Origin: Lingula anatina
Taxonomy: Eukaryota > Animalia > Brachiopoda
Reading direction: 5' to 3'
DNA length: 64,000 nucleotides
Assembly (NCBI GenBank): GCA_051362555.1
Contig: CM120649.1
Span: forward strand, 10,974,001-11,038,000
Part shown: positions 55,401-64,000 of the stretch, in pieces
Position numbering within the stretch: the first letter of the stretch is position 1
Layout: every line of letters begins with the position of its first letter
Translations under genes and position numbers: made by a program
The notes under the pieces: generated by a model
Database searches by the model: none
Seen by the model: only the letters and a program-made list of their open reading frames with translations
What the model was told of the DNA's origin: nothing

Positions 55401-57803
55401 GTGTTTGCCCCAAAGAACAGACTGTTTCGTTCTGATTCCTGTTATGTGGTTATTGGTGGCCTGACGGGCCTAGGTCGGCTTATCACTGAGTGTTTAGCCA
55501 AACACAAAGCTGGTGTCATTGCTACAATATCTCGTTCTGTTCCATCTCCAGATCAGTTACGTGAGAGACAAGATCTCGAAATCAAACACCATGTTACAAT
55601 TGTCCACGAGCAAGCTGATGTTTCCAATTACACTTCAATTTCCAGTGCTTTTGAAAGACTTGCACAACGTGGAATCCCAATAAAAGGCATTTTTCATGGC
55701 GCTGCTGTTTTGGCTGATGGAGCCTGTTTAGATCAAAATCAAGATTCATTTGGAAGATCAACAGGTCCCAAAATCAAGGGTTCATGGAACTTGCACAAGT
55801 TGTCCATAAACCTTCCTCTCGACTACTTTGTAATGCATTCCTCAGTCACATCACTGCTGGGAAACCCTGGCCAGACAAACTACGGAGCCGGCAATGCGTT
55901 CATGGACAGCCTTGCTCACTATAGAAGACAGTGCCATCTGCCTGCACAGGCCATCAACTGGGGCGCTCTGAACTTGGGTCTTCTAAAACAGAACCCAAAT
56001 ACAGAACAGAGACTAAGAAAAGAAGGGATAAATCCATTAAATGAAGAAGACATATTGGAATGTTTTCTCCATGCACTTCTGTGCAATGATGTACAGGCCA
56101 TGTACGCAGATATTCCCTTCAAGATCAACAACAAAAGTACCTCCTCAACTGATGACACTGATTCAGCAGAGGACACTCTGAATATGGAGCAGATCAGAGA
56201 TTTACCAAGTGGAGACAGAAAACAGTACATCAAACACTGGGTGATGCGAACGGCAGGAACTATTCTGATGGCTCCCAATGAGGTGGATGAAAACCAATCT
56301 TTGAATGATTTGGGTTTTGACTCTCTTAATATGATGTCATTCATTCGCAATGTAAGGGACCAATTCCAAGTTTCTCTTACACCCGCAATGGTGATGAACA
56401 GTGATCAAAAACCAACTACATTTGCTGACCTCATTGAAAGATTGATTGGAGTTGGATTTCAACGACATAGTCCACATTCGCCTGACAGCCGCATCCAAAA
56501 GCCAGCCTTCACACACCAATCTATATTCAACATTCAGGGAACAAAAGAAGACCTCGCAAACCACATTATTGTAGAAATCAGGTTGCCAGAACCGAGTCTT
56601 GCTGCTGACATTGTGCTTTGGCAAAATATGACAAGGATGTTGTCAGAAAAAAACCCCACCCTTAGGATGAGATACAGAAGAAGTGGTGGGCTAAAAACAG
56701 ACAATATAGAGTTTCTTTTGGATGATCCTCCAGAGGTGCAGCGCATAGACGGAACGGAAGACTCAATGAAGCAAAGTATAAAGGATATTAAGAGGTGTGC
56801 TTTCGACAGTTCCAAAGAATCCCCTTGGCGTGTTGCCTTCGTAAACACCACACCGCCAGTTGTGTTACTTGTGTTTCACCACATAGCGGTAGATGTGGAT
56901 TCTATGAGGATAATGTTCCAAGAAAATGTTCTTCCTTATCTGCGTAATGCCTCGGCAGGCATTCCTTTGGCAAAACATTTGGGTAAAATCAGCGCAATAC
57001 CTAGCTTAGCTGATGCCTTAGATCGCCATCTGACCGAAGAAGAAAAGGCTAGATTAAAATCATTTTGGAGAAATATTCTGCCTAAAAGAGTACCTCTGGT
57101 GCAAGTCTCAAACAAAGCAGTACCTGAATGCACTTTTGGCAAGTCTCTAACTGTAGAGGGGCAGATAGGCGGCGATTTGATCGAGGATTTATTCAGATGG
57201 CGTGATAGCGATGAATTCACCCCTTTTCAGTTCATATGTAGCATTTATCAACTTTTACTTCATGCTACATCACAAATTGGAGGGTTTGTCATATCCGCCA
57301 GTGTCAACATGCGTGTCGCACTAGGAATGGAAGGAGTGATGACGAATTGTGAGAACATTCTGCCTATTCCAGTTCACTTTGAGAGCCATTCTCAAACATT
57401 CAGGGAGTTTCTGAAAACCAACAAGAACATTATTCGTGAATGCTGTGTCGAAAATGCCATTTGTCCTCCGGAGCTAATATATGATGAAATGCCCCAAGAA
57501 CAAGTTGCAAACATTGGAAAGCATCTCATTATCTACCACAGAGCAGTGATTGAGGAAGACGAGACCCATTTAGGAGGAGCTGAAATAAAGCATCATTTGT
57601 TTAAATTCTACAGGGAAACCAAACTTGAAGTCATCGAGTCTGATCATCCGAAGGGCCTTGAACTTAAATTCCAAGGTTCTTGCGATTTGCTGGATGGTGA
57701 GACGATCCGCGTCCTCATGAGGCGACTCATGGCACTAGTGGAAGCTACAATTAGAAACCCCGATCATACTATAGAGACCCTAATAGAGAACGCGAGAGCA
57801 TAA
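46386..57803 (+). CDS. PKS-B: spliced iterative type I polyketide synthase, KS-AT-DH-psiER-KR-ACP-C (about 2590 aa), paralog of PKS-A
   Basis: Hand-spliced exons 46386-46421 (putative), 48236-48450, 48721-48881, 49188-49388, 49862-50043, 50514-50688 and 51001-57803. Introns are GT-AG and join into a 7773-nt frame. Same catalytic motifs as PKS-A ([52 protein letters not shown]). Confidence 0.92.
48236..48450 (+). CDS. PKS-B KS exon ([21 protein letters not shown]...), 215 nt
   Basis: tttag acceptor and gtaact donor; homologous to 20352-20138. Confidence 0.92.
48721..48881 (+). CDS. PKS-B KS exon (MDPQQR), 161 nt
   Basis: ttccag acceptor and gtataa donor. Confidence 0.92.
49188..49388 (+). 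CDS. PKS-B KS exon with catalytic Cys (DTACSSS), 201 nt
   Basis: ttaag acceptor and gtaggg donor. Confidence 0.93.
49862..50043 (+). CDS. PKS-B KS exon (ADGYARGEG), 182 nt
   Basis: aaag acceptor and gtaagt donor. Confidence 0.92.
50514..50688 (+). CDS. PKS-B KS exon (...YVEAHG), 175 nt
   Basis: ccag acceptor and gtaagt donor. Confidence 0.92.
51001..57803 (+). CDS. PKS-B terminal 6.8-kb exon (KS C-terminus, AT, DH, psiER, KR, ACP, C domain)
   Basis: tttttttcag acceptor ending at 51000; uninterrupted frame to TAA at 57803; collinear with the PKS-A terminal exon. Confidence 0.95.
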
Positions 57804-58221
57804 CATTTGCCAGTTGCTCTGTATAACGAAAAGGTTGGTCGTTTTAGTTTTTCAAATGACACAATTGGCTTGTTTCTCAGGACATTATTTAGAGTATGGC
57901 AATCTTTGTAAATAGTGTACCAGCAATGTAAATTTTATGCACTAGTAAATGGCCAAGGAGATTTCATCCTTTTTTGTTACTAACGACAGCCTGGTACACA
58001 AAGCACGCCTGTTGCTTTATGAAGCATTTTTGTTTTCTAGAGAGCGAATAAGCATAACTTAGTGTGTATTTTAAGTATGCAGCGTATGGCTTGCAGGATA
58101 TATGTCCTCTCTCTTTCAGAAAAAAAAATCGATCATTATAACATTTGATACTTTTTATTCCCAAATCAAAAATACATATACATTAAGCAAGTTGCCGTGA
58201 TTGTAAATAGTGGAATGTACT

Positions 58222-58940
58222 TTGTGTGTTGTACATGATTAATTGACAGAGATAGTTACCTAAGACATATCAAGTTTAGGTTCTACGGCTTTTGGAGCCC
58301 TCTTAGTGTGATAGTTTATTGTAATCAAAGTGTGATACCTATATATGGATGTTAGACTGATTTGGCCCCGGATAGCCTCTCAGGAAGACGATTATTTAGT
58401 ATTATGCCAATGTATATTCCTTTTTTAAGATATGTTACTCTCCTTTTTACGTGTACAGTATGTTAACCATGTTTTAGATGATTTGAACCTTTTCAAAGAA
58501 CCGTTAGCGTTACCTCTTCAATTCATTATCCAAAATGAACATTTCAACAGTGCCGGATACAGAGAGGGGGGGGAGGGAGGGGGTTACGTTGTGTGTTGCA
58601 CATGATTAATTGACAGGGATAGTTATCTAAGACCTATCAAGTTTAGGTTCTAGGGCTATTAGAACCCTCTAAGTGTGATAGTTTATTGTAATCAAAGTGT
58701 GATACTTATATCTGGATGTTAGACTGATTTGGCCCCGGAAATCCTCCCAGGAAGACGATTTTTTAGTATTGTGCCACTATACATGTATATACATTTTTAA
58801 GATATGTTCGTCTAAGAGTACAGTATGTTAACCATGTTTTAGATGATTTGAACCTTTTCAAAGAACCGTTAGCATTACCTCTTCAATTCATTATCCAAAA
58901 TGAACATTTCAACAGTGGCGGAAACAGAGGGAGGGGGGTC
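58222..58940 (+). repeat. ~365-bp tandem duplication downstream of the PKS-B stop
   Basis: Units start ttgtgtgttg(t/c)acatgattaattgacag at ~58222 and ~58589. Confidence 0.85.
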
Positions 58941-59153
58941 CTGACCCCCCTTCGGTTTCTGAAAAAAAATCACACTAATATTCCCCTCTTGGAATTACAA
59001 TTTTGACTAGCTGATTTATAGTTCTTAACCGTACCTAATAGCACCATCTGCCCTCCAAAACAGTCCAAGGGGACCGAGGGTTGGTTTCGTATCCACGGCC
59101 TGTCCTTCCTAAAAATCGGACCCCCCCTTCAAATAATCCTGGATCCGCCCCTG
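58913..59153. mobile_element. MITE with CAG(T/G)GGCGGA termini and apparent 6-bp target duplication (tttcaa)
   Basis: tttcaa|cagtggcggaaacag ... ctggatccgcccctg|tttcaa. Confidence 0.65.
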
Positions 59154-59724
59154 TTTCAATGTGCTGCACCATTCAGAGACATATCAGCTGTCTCTGTAAA
59201 GCCTCAAGAACTCAGATGAAGCAGAGGCTATAGAGGCTATGGTCGGCTGTTGCAGCCAAACAAAATAATTTTTGTAAATATTTGCTTCGATCACTCAATT
59301 AGGTAAACACTTAATTATTATGGCTGTCATCATGTCTCCGATTTTCTACTTATATATTATTTATCTATGTTAGACCTCAACCTGTACAGATATGAGATAA
59401 ATATACTCCAGGATTAGCTGATATTTATATAACCTAATACATAGATTGCTTGCTATGAAAAGCAATACTTGAAACATAGAAAATGTTGTTGATTGATTTT
59501 AAAGTATTGGTTTCTTTGACATTGTAATTATTTAATAACCATATACCTGTAAAAAATGTCACAATACGAGTCATTTTGATTTAAATTCGGTTTAAAGAGC
59601 ATAAGTTGATCGGTCGTGCCATTATAAAGCTGAATTATAATTGCGTCATAGCAGTATTGGTCAACATACTAAATAACAACATTATATATTACAGTATTTT
59701 ATACTTTAATGGCTGTATTTATAC

Positions 59725-59880
59725 CGACCGGATACCCTTGCGGCCAGTCTCCACCACCGGAGCGGGGGATGTTGGTTCGTCCCCGTCAGGGGTCATACCA
59801 GTCCTTCATAAACTGCATCTTTCGTCTCCCCGCTAGGTACTCAGCACTCATCACAGGTTGAAGCAGGGTTAACTTTCCTG
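59725..59880 (+). mobile_element. Degenerate tRNA-derived SINE
   Basis: B-box-like ggttcgtcccc followed by ggtcatacca...gctaggtactcagcac, resembling invertebrate SINE cores. Confidence 0.45.
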
Positions 59881-61590
59881 GTCTGGTCGTGAAATATAGA
59901 TTTCTCGTTTGCAAGCTCGACATCCACAGCCCAAAAATGACCGGGCGTCGAGTGTAAACCGCACTGAGATGCATATGTAGTGCGGTATATACGAACTAAA
60001 CTTTATCTCACTGTATTTGATCCATTTCGTTCTTTGGTTCTTTGTACCGGATCTAGTGTTCTTTTTGAAACAAGGAGTAATTATCTGAACCATATGATGT
60101 GGAATTGATTATTTTATATGACTCAGTAAGGGCCATAGCTTTCAGTATTGTATAGATGAGTTAAAAGTGATCTTATATAATGAAAGAAAGTAAACAGATA
60201 ATTTGATAGTAGTTATAGTTTATCAAGCAGCCTACACATAACCAGACGCTTGATAAGAGAAGTCAGGAGAGATGGACTACAGCGCAGGTTCAATAGCAAA
60301 GCAAGTCTTTCACAGGTAAGACATAAAATGAATCAAACTAAAAAATTGCATTAAATAAATAAGTAGATCAATGAGTAGGTTAATGAATTAGATGATTAAC
60401 TGTTAAGTTTATTTCACACGATGTGAAGATTTTTGCTAATTTTAAATACAACGTATGTCTAGGTACGTAGATTACTTTTTAGAGAGAGAAGTTATGTACT
60501 TCATGACGGTCAGGTCTTTATTACAGAACCATTGCACGGGTCATTTAGTTCCTGGCGTCGACTTTCTTTGCAGGGTTATCACACTCCATGGAAACCAAGA
60601 CTTGGAAAGGTATTTTAGAAGAAACTAACAAGTTTCTAATTCTGTTCAAAACAAATACTCGAATTCCTGTATTGTCACTGTTATAACTAGAAAGGCCCCT
60701 TTTATGGTTTAAGGTTACTGACAGGGTTGGTTATAATCACAATGCCGAATTTAGCAATGCATCTACCTTTTTGAGAATTAAAACAATAAAAAACCTCGAA
60801 AATTTAAGATAAAATCGTTCATATTTCTCGTTGCTGGGCATATGTATAAGCACCCCGGAGCGTTTATCGTGAATTTAACAGCTTTCTATTTTGAGGTGAG
60901 ATAACGAACGGTATGTGACAATAATTCATCCCCCATCTTTTCATGAAAATTGGCATAGGTGACGACAAATGTATGAATTTCATTCCTGTGCCGTGGTTTA
61001 AATATTTTGTTGGAGCCCTGAGCTCCTTATAACAATGATTCAATATCAGCAATAAAATCTGAACTTAGGCTTTGCTTTCCAGAAAATCGCTGGCAGGATT
61101 TTGAAGTACTCATTGGTATCACTTCATTGGCGTTGAAACGGTGTTCGTGGGTGCTCAGGTAAAATAAAAAAATTGAGAAACGGATTTTACAAGGTTTACC
61201 TCTAAATCGCAATTATGACGTCATCGGTGAAATGGCATTTGTGTCAATTCAAGCGAATTTAGTAAGTGGTCACTGAAGAGTCATCTGTTATCTAAAAACG
61301 TGATCGTAAACACAGTTATATAAGAATATTTGTCTACCACTGACAGTGCATGTACCCTAAACTGTTTAAGATAAAGTCACATATTATATGATGCATTATG
61401 CTACGCCAGCGTATAACTTCGGACTGAATTGTTAATTTCAGGGCGGTGGAGTGACACTGATGTCAAGAAATCACAAGAAAGTAGTGACAATGAAAAACAT
61501 TGTGATCTCAATTAGTGTAGGCAGACATTTAATCAATTTAATAGTGAGGGGATAAGATTATGATTTTGTATTCATATAGGATCTAAATAT

Positions 61591-61632
<42 letters not shown>

Positions 61633-61711
61633 AGAGATAAGCTGTGATATTTTTCATATATAATCTTCATTCAACATACTTGAGTGTAATGTGTGGTTAG
61701 GTCAGGTAAAA

Positions 61712-62674
61712 CAGACTTGACATTTTTAATAAGGAATAATTTTCCAACTGATGCTGACTGATAAATGAAAATAAGGATTAAAAAGCGTTTTTATTACTTT
61801 TCAATAATATATTTGATGTCATTGTGTTCTTTAATTGAAATCGCCAGTGAAGCAAACAGAAATTCATTGCCTGTTTTGCAGCATACGACAATCATTATGA
61901 GTTATGTTTTGGATCTCCACATTTTCCAAATTATCTGTAAAAGAGCTACACGCGCCACAAAGTGTCTAATCACAGCAACGGTTAATGTTACCCCTGACCT
62001 CACCCAGTTGCTACCAGGACTCTCAAGCGGCAAGGGATTCCTTGGGATAGGGTTTTAGAGTTTATCTTGAATAACATTACAGGCATGGGTCGAAATCAAT
62101 CTATTTTGGTTCAGTTTTGTTGTAAGACATGTACCGGTGGGCTGTTGATTCGGTGAGTCATGTACCCTGGTGGTAAGATTCCGATCCATTTGGCCTGGTC
62201 TCTCTGCAGGTACATCAGTCTGGGCATAACTCTATATAAAACTATGAGGACCGTTCCGTGCAACAGTGTCTGTGTTTTCGCACAGATTAACAATTTTGTA
62301 AAACACTTTGTAAAACACTGCTTAACTCATTTTACGTAATGCAAAATGGACCGCTTGCTTGCAAAATTTCAAATTCTTCTAAGCAGTAATTGCCAACATA
62401 TGCATGCCTTTTTTTGACAGAACCATGCTTCGCCAAAGCCAAGATATGACCAGCCCAAAGGAGCACTACCCAATTAAATCACTGCATATTAACACTGCAG
62501 CAGTGCAACCAACATGATAGTCAGTTAATTGGTAGCGACACACCTGATCACACACTTCTCCATTCACATATCTTTTATGAGATCGGAGATCTGAATTTTT
62601 TTTGAAAAATGAACGTAGTTTACCTAAAGTATACTTTAAAACAGAATATTCCACATAATTAAATGTCAAGTCTG
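61712..62674 (-). mobile_element. Internally deleted Tc1-like copy, inverted orientation
   Basis: TIRs cagacttgacattt / aaatgtcaagtctg; ORF 62466..62669 matches ORF 3360..3569 (NGEVC.QVCRYQLTDYH). Confidence 0.82.
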
Positions 62675-64000
62675 TTTTTAAGATATCACTGTGTATAAGA
62701 CTGGGTCGACATTTTGATCCATACTTATAGGCTTTGGGTTTTTCTCTTTCTTAGAGACAAAATTATGTTTATTGAAGGAAATATTTTACTATAGATACAT
62801 TTTTAAATCAATTAAAATCATTTAAAATTGATCTCAAATAATTATTTTTTTAAAATTGTTTCGTTAAGATAAAAAGGTTTTACAGTATTGATTGTTGTTA
62901 GTATTTTGTTTATTCGATTTGGTCTTATTATAAATTCGTATTGTTAATTTTTTTTCTCTGTTTTATCAGGAAGAAATTTTGTTGTGAATTCAAACTTGAT
63001 TAATTGTTTTTAGATTATCCTGCAATCTCTATAACCATTTATTCTACATAGAGAAAATCGAATATGTCTTCATATTTTAAATGTCAGTACTATTGTTTAC
63101 ATCTAGACTCTAGCTCTAGTATTTTCTATGAGATCTGTATTTTTCGACAGAAAATATAAGTAGCTTCATTGGGACCATGAAATAATTGTCTTCATTCCAC
63201 TTAGATAAATAGAGCTTATTTGTCTTCAATTCTGGTTTAACCTATTAAAGGAGAACAAGGTTATTAAAAATTCACCTGTTGTAAAATACCACTTTCAGTA
63301 TCTTTAATACAGTTCGGAATATCAAAGAATAGTTGAAGTAATATTCGGAGGTAACTCGGAAGTGGGCAGTCATTAGATCATTCAGGATAAAGCAGAAAGA
63401 CGGGGTCACCTCGCACTATTACACTAAAGAGGGAGATTCGATATTTACCTCAGAGGGAATTATACCCGGGGCAGACACCGACTGTATTTCCTCAGTGTTT
63501 AAGATTCCTTAAAGATCTACAAAGGCTGTCCAGCTTCAAGCAAATCACATATCCAGTTTTGGGTCTTTTAGATATCAGAAAATATTCTCTCTTGGAAGGA
63601 GTACTTCTAACTGCAGTAATTTTTTGTAACTCTGTATTTTTTTATGACAAGGTAACATTAAAATCTTTATCCGTGTTCATTTCAAACTGTGTTGTTCACT
63701 AAAAAGAATCCGCCATCGACGCCAAGAACCTGCACGTTATAACAGATTACATAAAACAGTTTTGGCACTGAACAGTACGTGGTTTCTCTCCGATTGGTCA
63801 GCATTATATTCCTTTTTTACATCGTGTTTAAGTACATTAATTAAACTTAAAATACCTCTGAATTAATTTTTTTAGTCTCCCTCATAATTTTAAAATATCT
63901 ATATAATCAGTAAAGTACAAATCAATAGTTAATTGCATCTTGTCGCCTCTCTTGTTTTAAAGACGTAACAATTTAATGTCCAATACTTTTATTACAATCA

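Noticed and set aside
7504-57803. Bacterial symbiont or contaminant PKS cluster, or canonical fatty acid synthase
   Set aside because: Spliceosomal introns and eukaryotic transposons exclude a bacterial origin of this contig; the dead ER motif and C domain in place of TE argue against canonical FAS.
59725-59800. tRNA gene
   Set aside because: Only a B-box-like motif, no cloverleaf; better explained as a SINE head.
3259-62674. Mirror-placed Tc1 copies as the breakpoints or part of the inverted PKS duplication
   Set aside because: Their flanks are not homologous and a third copy sits at 42.3 kb, so independent insertions are the simpler explanation.
63270-63620. Possible exon on the minus strand
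   Set aside because: The frame following the candidate acceptor has multiple stops and no recognisable motif.

Overview
AT-rich, intron-containing eukaryotic DNA, inferred to be an invertebrate animal (spliceosomal GT-AG introns, Tc1/Harbinger/Kolobok-like DNA transposons, a LINE fragment, microsatellites). The only supportable host genes are two paralogous, head-to-head type I polyketide synthases: PKS-A (minus strand, 7504-20346, about 2580 aa) and PKS-B (plus strand, 46386-57803, about 2590 aa), both spliced by hand. They share the internal exon sizes 215/161/201/182/175 nt followed by one ~6.8-kb exon. Both read KS-AT-DH-(structural KR)-degenerate ER-KR-ACP-condensation (C) domain, with no methyltransferase, thioesterase or adenylation domain recognisable, and both have a non-canonical AT (GVA for GQG, GQSVG for GHSxG). 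The pair arose by inverted duplication and shows patchy identity suggestive of gene conversion. The ~26-kb spacer is repeat-derived: a ~4.8-kb tandem duplication around a LINE RT fragment (carrying a hammerhead-like motif), a long foldback element, nested transposons and MITEs. The best candidate for a new system is this duplicated animal PKS-C pair, which could make a polyene acyl chain and release it as an amide or ester. That product assignment is inference only.
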